Shown here: in pieces, positions 41,101-55,478 of the stretch | Layout: every line of letters begins with the position of its first letter | Position numbering within the stretch: the first letter of the stretch is position 1 | NCBI GenBank assembly: GCA_038496445.1 | Contig: JALMLS010000315.1 | Location: 1 to 64,000, forward strand | DNA length: 64,000 bases | Direction: 5' to 3' | Source of the DNA: Trichosphaerium sp. ATCC 40318 | Taxonomy: Eukaryota > Protista > Tubulinea | The notes under the pieces: generated by a model | What the model was told of the DNA's origin: nothing | Databases searched by the model: none | The model's input: only the letters and a program-made list of their open reading frames with translations | Position numbers and translations under genes: made by a program

Positions 41101-44100
41101 ACAATCATGTGACTATACTAATTCTTGTACCTGTTTATAATTACAAAGAAGTTCTAAACACATAATATTAAAGTACTGTGTAGCACTTTGTTGTTTCTTG
41201 ACAGCCTATTTTTGAAAAAAAGTAAGTTGTACAAGTCTACAAAAAACAGTCAGTCGTACTCCATACGAAATCCATCTTGCATAATTCTCATCATTACTGT
41301 TACATACAGGAACTTGTTGAACAATTATCTATATTGTATATTATCAGATCATGTACGAAAACTTAAACAAGAATTTTGAACGTTATAAAATTATACGTAC
41401 ATCATAAACATACTCAACTACACCAGTTTCTAGAAGCATATCAAAGTCTTCCTTAGTGTAAGCTTGTAGTAATGCATACTCAAGTTCATCAGTAACAAAC
41501 GACATATCTTTCTTTTCTATAAAACAGATGTTACACAAAAAACTCTGTGGAAGAAAAAAACGTACTCTTCAAAGCAACCATCAAGGTTTTAAAGAAGGTA
41601 TGATACTTGGCGTGCATGGCTTGACATCTCTCAAGTGATACGCCTTTTACGCCTGGAGGATACTTGTACTTTGTCTTACAAGGGTATACACTACATGCAG
41701 CACGTGAAAACAATTGATTTCCTTGAAGCTTTGAAACAAGGTTTGTTGCGATGTCAAGAGCTTGTAAGTATTGATCATGATTTTTTGACTTCTCAAAGAT
41801 CAGCTCAAGTAACCCATCAACTGATACTCTGCTAAGCATCATCTCTCTAGCACCATTTTTAGATATTGTAGCAAGCAATTAATTTGTCGTTCGTACCTTA
41901 TTGTTGATGCATTGTCTTCGCAAGGGTTTGGTAAAAGTGTTGTTAAAAACTTTGCTTTTAGAATAATATCTTCTGAAAGTTCAGCGTAGATTTGCTTTCT
42001 GTTCTCCTTGAACGTTGTTGATTCTGGATCGTCATCCATCTTTGATGTCTCTTCTTGTGCTGACTGGATAAGATTATTACGTATCTACAACGTGAATGGT
42101 TAGGTGGTGAGCTCAAAGCCTGTAAAAATGGATGATTACCCTACGAACAATACCCCAGAGCCTTGTGAGTTTGTTGAATATTGGATTACCAACATAAGCC
42201 TTAGGGTTGTCTACCACTATCTTAGCTAGTTCCTCGGCGTCTTTATCGTATCCGGAATGAATCAACAATGCAACAATAACCATACGCATGGCCGACGATA
42301 CCTTTTTTTAGGGTTATAAAAAAATATAAAGATTTGTCTTTCGCACTTCCGGAGCGATAGCTCTCCCACCAAGTGTTTGTCGTTCCATAAGATTTGCTAA
42401 TGTCTTAGCCGGTGTATCCTTTTCGGATTCAGAGCTATTCATCATATCTTTCAAGAACTCAGTAAACTAAAAAAAGTAAATGAAAAAAACCATAGCATTT
42501 GATAAGATACTTACAGGATCACCATAACGCCTTATTCCGTTCAGGAATAACTTTGTACGTAAGAATTTCTTCTCTGCTACCCAGAAAAGCTCAGGTTCTT
42601 CAGCAGCATGAGCCATCAAATCCAAAGCGAAATAAACAACAGTAGCAATCTTTCGACAACAAATAAGTTACAAACAACCACAAGAAACAGAAAGTTCAGT
42701 TGTTTAAAAGAGAACTTACCCTTGTACTTGCATCTACAAGCCACACATTGAGGTTAGAAACTAATGGCTTTGGTCTATGACAAGGTATAACACGACAACT
42801 GAAACCCCAACATTTTTCATAGATCTTTTCAGCCTTGAATTGAATCTGAACTGCGTTCACAGGCAGCACAACACGGTTAGGTACATTGCCACTGTACGAA
42901 GCTAACAAATGTTTTTCTTCAATATCAGAGTATAATCTCAAGTGAGCTCCATGTGATAATTCAGTTCGCTTGTCGAACAATAACACAAGATAATCGGCGG
43001 AGTCTAAACAAAATACATTCAGTACCTAAAGGCATGACAAAAGGTAGACATACCATAGCTAAAGAATTGACCATATGCAAGAGACTCTTTATGAGGATGA
43101 GAGCTTGCCATTGTATAAATCTTTTGGCTAAACGGAGGACTTAAAGCCATACGGTGATACTCTAATTCGTCTGGTGTTATACCAAGCCTCTGAAGAAAAA
43201 ATCTATTAGACAACAGATTTGAAGTGAACCCTTTGTGGTGTTGGTACTATACCTTGATGTTAATCTTTGATTCAAGCTTGTCAATCAGAATAGCCATTCT
43301 AAAACAAGGAGGTTAGTTAGAAAGGAAAAAAAAGAAGAAAAAAAAAGGAATTTTTTCTGCCGTACTCTTCAATGGTTGGAAGAAGTGACATACATGCATC
43401 AGTTGGATATTCAACATCAAAACTCGATACTTCATTAAAAGGATAACCTATACTTGATAGTATTGCAGTAACAAGAAGCTTAACATCTTTGCTTTTATCA
43501 GCGATATCTTCATCGCTTTCAAGCTAAAAAATCAAAAATAAGAATAAAACTGTTGCTTCAAAAGATTAAATGGCGTGTACCCATTCTTCTAGGACAGTAC
43601 GACATCTCTTCCATATACTAACAACGATTATTCTATGCGTGTCTTGTATACCATCATTCTTATATCCAGAAGATGCAAGAAGCTAGAAGCACTTGTAAGG
43701 CCACAGTAAGCAAAATTATTGAAAAACTAACTTGATTTTGCAATGCGATTAGGAAATGTGTTGCGCTATTCATAGCAACTTCAGGTGCAGTTTTTGTTGT
43801 TACTGCGACTCTAGTTATATCGTCTATAACAGCCATCTTAAGCTCATCGCCTGCATCTCTTGACAAAAGTTACAAACAAAGGTATCAATAGTAATAAAAA
43901 TCCCAATAGAAAAAGCGTTCAAAAAAACCAACTAGAACGCACTCAGCAATCAATCCAATATGTGTCATCAAATCATGAGGAAGACGAAACTCTATTAGGT
44001 GTTCGAAGAAAGCCTAAAGTCATGTTGTCAATGTTGTACACCGTAGAGTTTTGCCAAAAGTTGTTGGTTGTTGAGCATACGTTCATGTCTATTTTCTTAC

Positions 44101-46812
44101 TAGCCAAGAAGAGGAGTCTATCCATAGGGCTTGGGTATAGCGCAGTAAGAGCAACTACAATGCACCGTAAAGCCTTATCATTAACTTCTTGAGGACTACT
44201 TCCCTCTGAAGTAAAAATAAGCAGCAAGTTGCGAATATCTACAAGAATAGGTACACCTAGAAAAGAGAAGAAAAAAATTAAAACAAGAAGCTTGTAAAAG
44301 ATGATAAGATAAAGCATACTTGAGTTCTCCATATCAAGGCCCTTATCAACCATGAAGTATAGTGTTGTTTTAAGTATATCTAGTAAATAGCATATACCCT
44401 TTGAACTAGACACTGAATCTTTCGAGGCTTTGCTAAGGTGAACTACCAAGTCCTCTAGTAAAGGTATTGATGTGTTAACTATAAATCGAGATGGAAGAGA
44501 TTCTAATTGAGCATCAACAGTAGGTGTTATTGCGCTTGCATTATGTGATAAGAAAGCCAATAAACTAGAAAAAAGGGTTAGTTACAAGTCGAGGATTTTG
44601 GTGAACTTTCTGGCGAAACTAAAAAAAAACCAGAAAAACAACAGTACCCATTCTCTTCACCCTTGAGCGTTCCGACTTTAGATACAGTTTGCTCAGGCAA
44701 ATCAACATAGTGTATATTTGTTTGGTAAGAAATAGTCTTCTCAGCTGGACCCCACGTGTAACTAAAAGACAAACAACAAACTTAGCAATAAAATTCATGG
44801 GAAAAAATCAAGAAAAAAAATCCTTCGTACCAGTATCTTATATTGAACTTACTGTTGAAGCAAACAGTTAAGGCTATTCAATAAAAAAGTACAGTTAGTA
44901 CAAAACCCAATGTAGCAAGAGATTAAGACAAATGAAATCAAATAAAAAAAGAAATTCCTTCTTCGTACCAGAATCGTCATCATGTGACTCTTTGTGCGAA
45001 AATTCACCGGACATTGCGTTATATAAAACACAGTTACTTTGCCATACGAATTCTTGATCATCCTCTTGCTTGTAATACTGTACTACTAATAAATAACCAA
45101 CGCAGTATAACTCATAAAGTCGTTCCATCAAAGCTATCTCAGTCAGTTGTAAAAAAACCCGCTTTTCTTTTTTGTTGCTCACCTTTCTTTTGACATTCAT
45201 ATAGGAATATAGATACTGTTCTCTTATGCTTTAACTTATAAACAGCATCAGTTCCAACAGTGTAAGTTTGTATACAGCTCTCCTCTGGACACAAAACATA
45301 AAGCTCTCTGCCGTCAGAGCAAATCTCGTAATTCTTTGAATCAATGTTACTAAGCTCTACAGTAATACCAGCAACAACCTATACATTGATTCATGAGTAC
45401 TCTTTAATGTGATATTAGAATCTTTAGAGCAGTAACGAACCATGAGGTCATCATTCAATATCCTGAGCTTCTTCTCACCGGCAACTTTGTAGTAAATTAA
45501 ACCTCCCAAAAAAGCCATTGATGTTATATTCTTTGTACACTCCAAAAAAGGACGCTGAAGCACAAGGTTGCATAAAAGGGTATCTTCGAAACCAGTTCCT
45601 ATCTGTTAAATATTGTGATCAGCATAACAAATATAGTAACAAAAACAAAACCATAAAACTTTACCTTCAACAACCCAGCTGTTTCATCTGCAACGTAAAT
45701 GTATTTGTCGCCGCACGTGATACTACAATTCTTATCAGAAGACTCCATATCTATATTTGAAGATCCGTTTGTAGTAGAATCACTTGGTAATGCTATAACC
45801 TTGAAATGACCTTCATAATCGCCCATTCCTATAGCAGGAGAAATAGTAGAAATTGATTTACTCAGTGAAGGTAGAATATCTTCATTAACTAGCTTCTCAA
45901 GTTCAGGAGATGTATCCACAAGGCTAACACATGCTAATGCTCCTCTAACAGACCCTTAAAAAATATGGATTAGTATCACAGTACACCAGAACACAACGGA
46001 CAAAAAGTTACTCCGGAAAACTGCTAAAGTGGAGAACTTTTTTGGTATTCGCAAATTAAGAGTTAGTTTCTGATTTTAAGAGGCATACCAATACCACAAG
46101 ATAGCTCCAATAACATAGTAAACGCTCTATCTTGATACGGCTGTGATTCTTTAGCGTAGACGGGTGAACGTGTAATTGTAATCAAAATATCCAGGATTTG
46201 TTCTACGTCAGGCATTCCGGATGATACTTTCTGCCACCTCTCACGGTTCTGTGTTATATACGCTCCAAGTGTATCAAGCATAAGGCCGCATGTAGAAGGG
46301 TTTCTAGGCAGATTTCCTAACATTATCGAAATAAGCTTATTGTGCTCATAAACGAGCGAAGCAGCGACTTGGTTGTTTAGTTTAGCGTTTGTTATTTCCT
46401 ATTGGTAGCTGTGAGGTTATAAAAAGCGGTTTAAGAAGCGTACTTGTGAAGTTCTGTTTGGTGAATCTGAAGTGTTTAGAAATATGTTCATTAGACGTTC
46501 GTGGGACAGCATTAGTTTCATAACTAGCGTTTCTAAGTGAATATGCCAAACGTTGGAATCTCTGATGCGACGTAAACGTTTTCGTGAGTCTTCTATTGAT
46601 ACATCACATTCCAAGTCCTGTGGGCGTGGTGGATTGCTTATTTTAGTTTTGTCAACATTGTAAAATTCTAGATCCCGCCATGATACCGTAAAATCGCATA
46701 TTTCGTTCAATGACGTGCGTTCAACGCAATGATTAAGATATTCAGGGTTTTCTAATGTCAAAGCCGCTAATGAGCGATGCCATTGCGCTGTATTTACGTT
46801 GGACGTGTTCAT
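32166..46812 (-). CDS. Giant HECT E3 ubiquitin ligase (HECTD4-like): HPY/CUB-like repeats, SPRY, two ZZ fingers, PH-like domain, HECT
   Basis: HECT motifs DVGGPYRE, FEFIGILLG, RFVSGRSRLP, LPQAHTCFF..IEIDTDF; SPRY FYYFEVTV..MPGW..SYGYHGDDG; ZZ CDGC..YDLCESC; many short introns. Confidence 0.92.
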
Positions 46813-46986
46813 ACTGCTAACATGATGCTTTGATATCCATAGGTGTTATATTTGGTGCGTTGACTAAAGTTGTCAGATCAGTCAGATCATAACGCGTCTG
46901 TATCATATATATCGCATACGGCGCTAACGAATGAAATAACGCTGTAGGTAAAATCGCGTATTATTGTAGCAGCCTGACATCACTGC

Positions 46987-49900
46987 ATGTTTTCAGCGTT
47001 ACGAGCGCGCCATGCGTGTATTATCGCTCCTGGGTATGAATTTGGCGTTATAACCTTGTACAAACGTATTAACTCCCAACCGCAGAATTTTGGAGTTTAA
47101 TAGCGTAGGTAGCGTAAGATGTACGTATTTTAACGCTATGGACAGTTTGTAATTCATTTAGATTACGCAAAGAAAACAAAGAAGCAAAAATTCAAAAAAG
47201 GCCAAGAAATATACAATCTAAAGGATTTAAGTAAATTCACGCCTGAAAGAATCCGTAACTTTTGTATTATTTCACATATTGGTACATTAAGCCTAAAAGC
47301 GCCATAGATAGCTTACAGTACATTAGATCACGGCAAAACAACGCTTAGCACGCAATTACTGTTAAAAACTGGCACTTTGGCTTCAGACTACAATTCTACG
47401 TACCTTGATAAGCTATCAGTTGAGCAAGAGCGTGGTATAACAGTTAAAGCACAAACAGCGTCTATGATTATTAAAGAAGACGGAAAACGATATTTATTTA
47501 ATCTCATCGATACGCCAGTACGACCTCAAACAATTAATTGCGTATTTTTTAAGTTTTGACACATTTCATCCAGGGTCACGTAGATTTTAGCTATGAAGGT
47601 ACTAACCCTTTTCTATGCGTTTATTGTAATGTACTCTTATATTTTCATTAGTTTCTAGGTCACTTGCAGCTTGTGAGGGCGCTATATTATTAGTTGACGT
47701 GCGTCTTATTTTTTTTTGCGGATAGAAAAACATTAATAAGTTTTAATTTTTTACGGCTGTCTACCGTTAGCAATGATTGTTTTTAGTCCTTAGTCACTTG
47801 TACTACATTGGTTAATATTATTTTAGGCTATAAAAGGCGTTCAAGCACAAACAGTTGCTAATTTCTGGCTTGCTTTTGAGCAAGGACTTCAAATTATTCC
47901 TGCAATAAATAAAGTTGACTTGCAATTGGCACAAGTCGATAGAGTTACCAGCCAATTAAATGATTCGTTTGGATTTAAACCCGAAGAAATAATGAAAGTA
48001 CGTTCTTATTATTCTTACTACCTTGACAGTTTTGACAAGCCCAAAGACATTGAGTCTAATTTCAGAGAAATTTCATTTTTTTTGTTCTAATTAACTCTTT
48101 TAGATTTCTGCAAAAACTGGTTTAGGACTCGATCAAATATTCCCAAGAATCCTCAAACAACTGGCATATCCAAATGTAAATGAAAACGATCATTTGAAAG
48201 CACTGTTATTTGATAGTTGGTACATTAAGACATGTTCACTCTCTTTGTTATTATTTGAGCTCCGTTTTCTTTCTTTGTTCAAATTTTTGACTTATCAATG
48301 TGTCCTTAGGTATGGTGATGCATTTTCAGGTGTAGTATGTTTATTTAGAATTTGCTCAGGAACAATAAAGAAAGGTAAGTTAGTAACTTATGTATTTTTC
48401 TGGGAATTTATTTTTTGGTGTTGATTTTTGTACATTTATTTATGCCTTGTAGGTGACCAGATACGCTCTTCGCATACAAAAAAAGTGTATCAAGTAACTC
48501 AAGTTGGTATTATGTATCCTGAACAAGTTCCAGCTGAAAAATTGTACGTCTTTTGAACAAAAAGCTTAGTTTTTTGTTACAGGAGTTAAGTTTATGTTTA
48601 GACATGCCGGACAAGTAGGATATATTCATATGGGTATGGATTCTTCAAAAGAAGCACATCTAGGGGATACCTTCTCACTTCTAGAGCACCCTCAAGAACC
48701 CTTACCAGATTTTATGGCACCAAAAGTAAGCGCAACCATTGTACAAACCTGTTCGTTCATACTTTTATTTTTAGCCAATGGTGTATGCTGGTATATTCCC
48801 TGATAGTATGGAAAGATGGGATGACCTCAAGGCAGCTATAGATAAACTGTCTCTAAATGATAGAAGTGTTATACTAACTCCAGAAACAAGGTAATTCTCG
48901 TTGTTAAGTAAAAAATACAACCTATTGATTAACAACCTGATTAGTGATGCACTTGGTTTGGGATACAGGTGTGGTTTTCTTGGGTTACTTCATATGGATG
49001 TATTTATGCAAAGACTTAAACAAGTACGTACCTTATCGATCTTAGCATCGAAGTCATAGTGTACTAGGAATATGGCGCTAAAGTAGTTGCTACACTACCT
49101 ACAGTACCTTACAAGGTTATATTAAAACACACAGGAGAACAAATAGTCAATAATCCTTCTGACTTTCCTGAAACATTACCAATGACAGCTAAATACGAAC
49201 CATATGTTATGGTAACACTTATAACACCAAAAGGATACGCTACAAGTCTAGTTCAGCTTTGCCAGGTAACATGAAATTTTGGACATCTTTTTTGGTTTGC
49301 TTTGCGGTTGTGTTTGTTGTTGAGCTTATAAAAGACCTACTAAACGTTCTAAAGGGTAGAAGAGGAACACAAGAAGATATGTCAGCTGTTGATGAAGAGC
49401 GAATGCAACTCAAATACAGAATGCCTCTTTCAGAGATAATATCAGATTTTTATGACAAAGTTAAGCAGTCTTCTCAGGGATATGCAACGTATGTATAACA
49501 TCAAATATGGTTTATTTGCTTTAAGCCTATAGTACTTATATTATTATAGATTTGAGTACTCTGACATGTACTACGAGGAAGAAGATCTAGTCAAACTTTC
49601 TTGTTTGCTGAACGGTACCACTTTTTTTTTAATGTGGTTGATGGATCTAATGTCTTGTTTGCTAGGTAAGAAAGTAGACTCACTTAGTATTATTACAATC
49701 CGCGAACAAGCCTATGAACGCGGTAAAGTGCTTTGCGAGAAATTAAGAAAGGTACTGAAGAGGCAATTATATGAAGTTAAAATCCAAGCTGCAATTGGTG
49801 GTAAAGTTATCGCCTCTGAAAGGTACTACAACCATTGACATCCCTCTTTTCATTTTATCTGAGCTGTTATACATTCATTGTTGTTGTATTTACTGTTCCA

Positions 49901-50072
49901 CAGGATTCGTGCTTTACGTAAGGATGTTACAGCAAAATGTTATGGTGGAGATGTAACAAGAAAGTTAAAACTATTGGAGAAACAAAAAGCAGGTAAAAAG
50001 AAGATGCGTATGGTTGGTAATGTAGAAGTACCACAAGAAGCATTCTCAGCTATTAATTCAATAGATGGTTGA
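46987..50072 (+). CDS. GUF1: Mitochondrial translation factor GUF1 (LepA/EF-4)
   Basis: [77 protein letters not shown]. Confidence 0.97.
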
Positions 50073-50561
50073 TGAGTAATAATAATAAAAAACAATACAA
50101 AGTACTGCAGAGTCAGTTAACGTGAAGTCTTAGACAAGCTGAGTCATGGCTGTGAAGCTGAGTCTGTAATTTCGGTATTTACAAAGGCGGTAGTGTAAAT
50201 AGTCCAAAAAATTACATAGAACAATTCCATAGCCCAAGCGCGATTAACTTTGGAACAAATGTCGTACTAGTGAGCGACGGGGTACCACTTTGTAATTAAG
50301 TGCAATTGCTAGGTTAAGAACAACTAATGCACTGTGGGAACCAAGTTTTGTCATGTACCACGAAGCACGTGTTCGTTCGTGCACTTTCGATGTTATCTGA
50401 AACATTTTAACCTCACTACGATATGTTTTAAATGCGAGAGAGGTAGGTATTGAACTATGCTTCCTATTCCTGATATACGATCCTATTGCTAGCAGCCTTC
50501 ACTGAAATCTTGTTTTTTGGCTAGGTTTTATTCCGGTCAAAATAAAGTTCTATGCTGTGGG

Positions 50562-52957
50562 ATGACGCATCAAATAACGTATGCTGTTACACTGTTCTGC
50601 TGTGTAGTATCTGCGCTATCCCAAGAGTATCAATTATGCGGTGAGAGACAAATCTGGTGGGAGGACTATTATTCTGTAAATTGTAGTGTTAATGGCGTGG
50701 TGGAGTATTGTAACTGTCTGCGAACCGAATATTGGGTACAAACTAAGCTGTTCGGTGATTTTTACCACCAAACTAAAAATCAAGCCCATTAGGTACCTTC
50801 AGATAGATTGTGCCGCACGTGTCCTAAAAAAAATCAGTTTGACACAGTAACATGTCCAGATTACGCAAACAACTGTAGTACGTTACATTATCACGTGTTT
50901 ATAAGTTTAACAACTGTTATAGGATTAACAATGACGTGTAGATTTCCCTTTAGGTTAAAACAAGGAACAAACATTACAGGTAATGAAAATAGATTTCTAG
51001 TTGAGTTACTAATAGTCTTGTAAGCTGATAGATGCGTTTGGACTATTGGTGATTGGGAGTCTGGATTCGTTGATTTCAACAGGCTTCCGTATGTCATTTG
51101 TGCGGTTGGCTTTGGTTTTCTCATCTTTCTGGTTGTTGTTGCTCTTCAAACGAGCCAAATAATCGCTTGGTATAACGGCACACATACCGATGGTGAACCT
51201 AAGCTCCTTGTGAATGAAGAATCAGGCCTTGTCGACCAAATTGCGGAAGACAAAAATGAGAATTCTAAGCTTGTATACTACAGAAGCAATGGTGGAAGAG
51301 GTGTTGACTTTATGTTATTGTTTTGGAATTTAACAACAACAAGTTTGATCATGCTGTCCAACTCAGTACAGCCTCATGCGGTACGTTGTAGTAATAACGG
51401 TCCTGTACCTCGGGATAATGACAGTTTTGAATAGGACAACTTTACTTACAGATGGGAAGAAGCAATATTTAAGTTCCTAGCTGGTCCAGGGGCAATGTGG
51501 ATTATCTTTATTCTTGTAGTTGTACAATACGTGTTAGTACTTTCTTGGAATTTTCTGGGACCGCTACTGCTGTCATCGCTGTTTCATCTACCATTGGGAA
51601 AAGCAAAAAATCAGACACGGGTTTTTATTCGAAAAGCAGTGTCAAACGCTGCAATTGAGGTAATTTACTTTACACTTATGTTACCCCTTTGAAACCCACC
51701 ACAATGTGCCGGAACACTGGTGGTTTCTCAGAATTGTAGTTGAGACAAAGAGTGGTTACAGCGGTAACAATCGAGTTCATTCCTTTTTTTTTTTGTTTAA
51801 TCACGTGACTAATTTTTTTCAGGTTATCAGCCTTGGGCTTGGCCTCATGGTTAAACATATTATATTCATAGTATTGCTACCACCGCTAATGTTTATTGTT
51901 GCGGTTAATTCCTTGAGTGGTGAAACAGTTAACATTCTATTTTTTACTTTCAGTATAGCGTTATATGTTGTGCGTCAATACCAAATACTCATACATCCTT
52001 TGCAACAATTGACGCATTATTTAGCTCCTCATACCTTCATTGATACTGTCAATGACAGTACAAGGGTATTACATTCTTACAACAAGAAAGTACTTGGCTA
52101 AAACCCTAAAGTTTATTTGGGGCGGAAACAGTAAACCCAAACCAATAAAGGGCCAGTTCTGTGGAAATTTTTATAGGAGCTTCAAGTATTCCTTATGTAC
52201 AACTTTGTTTTTATCACGATAGAGCCTAACTCATTACTTTTACTATTACAGATTCTGGATTTGGTGGATTTGTTTTCCGAGCTATACTAGGCTCATTTGT
52301 GTTAATTCCTTTTACTGTAAGCTTTTTTTTGTTGTTTATGAAATTGATCGTTAATCAACGATACTTTTAGTTGTACTACCTTGGATTGAGAATAATTGGG
52401 TATCCAGAAAAACCCACTAGGCCTGTTTTGAAGTATTCTTTAACATCTCATCTTGCTGATAAGGTAAGCATTCAATTTCTTTAATTAGACCTAACTAGTT
52501 AAAAAAGGTTACTCTTTTTGGATTCTCACGCTTCAGCAATAGTTTCTCATGCTCCTTTATCATTGTGCGTCTAAATTAATAGGTATATGAACTAATTTAT
52601 ATTAGGTGATCCCATACATCGGACCATACTTATACGTGTTATGTAGAATGTCAGCAAAGGTAGTTTTTGTTCAAAACACTTTTTTTTTTCAGTCGGGAGA
52701 AATTGTTTCTTAATAGGTTTAGTGTGGGCTTTGGTTCTGGCCTAAATGGTTCAAGCCATCTGATGGTAAAATTATGAATATTGCTGATGAACCTGGTCCT
52801 CTTGTTCGGTAACAGATCACACAACTGTTTTTACACTGACTTACCTCCTCATTCTAGAACTGCTTCATTGTTGCTGTACCCATTAATACCTTTACTGCTT
52901 CTAGTAGTCCCTCAAGGTTTCAGTATTAATCATCTTATATTTAGTCTGTTCACATAG
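50562..52957 (+). CDS. Multi-pass membrane protein with signal peptide and Cys-rich ectodomain, unknown family
   Basis: Signal-like MTHQITYAVTLFCCVVSALSQ, Cys-rich exons, then many hydrophobic exons with canonical introns; ends LIFSLFT*. Confidence 0.6.
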
Positions 52958-53090
52958 TGTATGTAAAATAATACAAACAGTAAAAATAAAACTAAATTTA
53001 TGGTTCTTTTTCATTTTGGGATAAAAGGTCAATTTCTCGATTGTGTCTTAAATCTTGTTCTCATGTTTGTGACATCTAACAACAAAGTCT

Positions 53091-53580
53091 TTAATAATTT
53101 GCTTGTTTACCATTGACGAAATTACACTGCTTCCACAATTGGCCATTATAATACCATTGTTTGTATTCTCCATCTTTCTCACCATTTACAAAACTATATT
53201 GGTTACGTAATTGGCACCATCTCAATTCTCCTTCAAGTTTACCATTGATGAAATTACACTGCATCTGCAATTGGCCATTGATAGACCATTGTTTGCATTC
53301 TCCTTCTTTTCTACCTCTTACATAATTACACTGCTCTTCCAATTGTCCATTGTCATACCATTTCTTGCATTCTCCATGTTGTACACCGTGTTTCCAGTAG
53401 GTTTGCTCTGTGAGAATGTTATTGATTCGAAACTGCCATTTTCCATGCTTGTTCATCTCACTATCAAACCTTGTGGTCATTGCCGCCTGTTTCGAAGTAA
53501 GTGGCCAAATTAAATACAAATGAGTCCAAATCGATAATATCAAGTTGAATCTCAATTGGAAGGTTTAATAGGGACGATTT
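53091..53580 (-). pseudogene. Intronless MORN-variant (MORN_2/YwqK-like) repeat gene with F-box-like N-terminus, frameshifted
   Basis: Repeats WYDNGQLEEQCNYVRGRKEGEC. Upstream LLNLPIEIQLDIID lies in another frame and has no in-frame ATG. Confidence 0.7.
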
Positions 53581-55029
53581 TTGTAAGCAGTTCACACTTT
53601 CAAACAATTTCTAGGACACCTCAAAAATGTTATTTATGTCCAATCTTTTAGTATACTTCAGAACACATATGTGTCTATAATATATATTAACCAGAACTTG
53701 CTGGTAATTAATAGTGTGCTTCAATCAACTATTTCATTGAAAATAAAACTGAGTTATTTCTGCTTGGGTTCATATTCTTATCCTCTAGCACCACCATGTT
53801 TTGCAGGTAACTCTTTTACATTATGATGATTAAGGATTACATTCTTTCGTTTAATGCATTTTTTATCACTTTCAGTGTCCCACATAAAGCTATCGTCACC
53901 TGTCTCTAGACCTGATTGTTGTCAATTGGTCGTTCTTTTGAACAATCATTCCAACCCACAAAAACCTTTTTCAAATCATTTCTTTTGGCGGCAGGTGCTC
54001 AATAAATCATGGTGTACGTACGCGCAGTTATAGCGTATTTGATAATTTTGGTATCAAAATACAGAGGTTTCTTTTTTGAAGAAGTTGATGAACATAATAT
54101 TTACATGAAAATGTCAAAAAACTCACTCTTGCTTGGGTACTTTATTGCATCAGATGGCCAAAAAGCTTGATGTAGTTATTTTTTACCACTATAGGAGTTT
54201 TAGAGACAGAACTTAGTTTTTGAATGGAGATACGTTAGGATTTACCAAAAACAGGTTCAAAGAAACTGTGTCACTACACTCCATCAACTATTGCTATAAA
54301 TTACACTGTGTAATACCACACATATTGACTATCACTATGAAAACTGTGGGATGGTCAATTAGCTCTTGAGGTATTTAAATCCAAAAATCGCTTAATGGTC
54401 CATTAGTACAGAATATTGGAATTTATCAATTACACAATGCTCGACAAGCTTAAAACTAATCTCAATACATGACAAATAGCATTAGGCGACACTTCAGTAA
54501 TTTAAACACTTGTCAAAGCTTGTGTAATTGTTAATTTTGGGAACTCGCTTTTTCTTCATTCTTTACGCCACAAACTAACGTTTTCAGCGTTTTCCGTGCG
54601 ATAAACGTCATTTGCAGGTACTTTATAGAAACGCCCTCGTATTTTGGTAGCATATGCTCTGTTTTTGCCAATAACCCGTGAATTACATTCCAAGCACTTT
54701 ATATGGTGACACAATGCTTGAATCATCTGTTTGTGGGCAGTGAAGCTCAGTTGGTGCTTTTTTAGTTAAGTCAAAACAAAAACCACAAACAAACTCGTAA
54801 AATAGTAAATAATTTATTTTACACTTAGATCTTAACAATGGAGCTAGCCATTCTAGGAGTACCTTCACATACGCAAAATCATTAATATGAGAGGTGTGAA
54901 CCGCATACAAAAATCGTCCCTAGATGGCAATCGTCTGATTGCGCATAAAATCTCTACGTATTGGTTGTTAGGTACTTCATCTTGTGATTAAAAAGATTCG
55001 GTGATACCTTGGTTACAATAGATTTGGGA

Positions 55030-55160
55030 CTGGTCAGCATGTTGAATAGAATAAAACAAAATATCTGGCAAACTATGAGTGCTAGCGCAGTCAACCTTGG
55101 TCACTGGGAATAAACAAGTATAAGTTTAGTTTATGTAATGTTTTCTATGTTGCACGTGTT
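55030..55160 (+). repeat. Dispersed ~125-bp element, copy 2
   Basis: Closely matches 31992-32113. Confidence 0.9.
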
Positions 55161-55478
55161 CTGACGAAATTTAGTACCTTCTTTTAGCAATGAAAGGATC
55201 TATATGGTACCTATCGCACAGCGCAAAAAAATGAGATTAATATCCTGTTTTGAATAATATCATTCTCTTTCTGTCTTGAAGTATTCCTTTGTTTTTTACT
55301 TTTGTATAAAGTGTGCAACTTGTCTGCTTTTGCACTTTGAAACTGTAATGTTGGTTTATTTGAACAACAGGGCATTTACATATCAAGTGCTCCCGGGGTA
55401 CTAAGCTATCAAAATTTAATTGCAAACATGGCGTGGAAACCGCTTAGTATTTGTTATATGTCAGGCTGCATTAAGACA

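Noticed and set aside
46812-46987. Shared TGAC/GTCAG motif in head-to-head promoters
   Set aside because: Too short and variable to separate from chance by eye; short divergent promoters are ordinary in compact genomes.
53900-54260. Possible exon remnants on the + strand
   Set aside because: Splice-like signals exist but there is no consistent frame or recognisable product.
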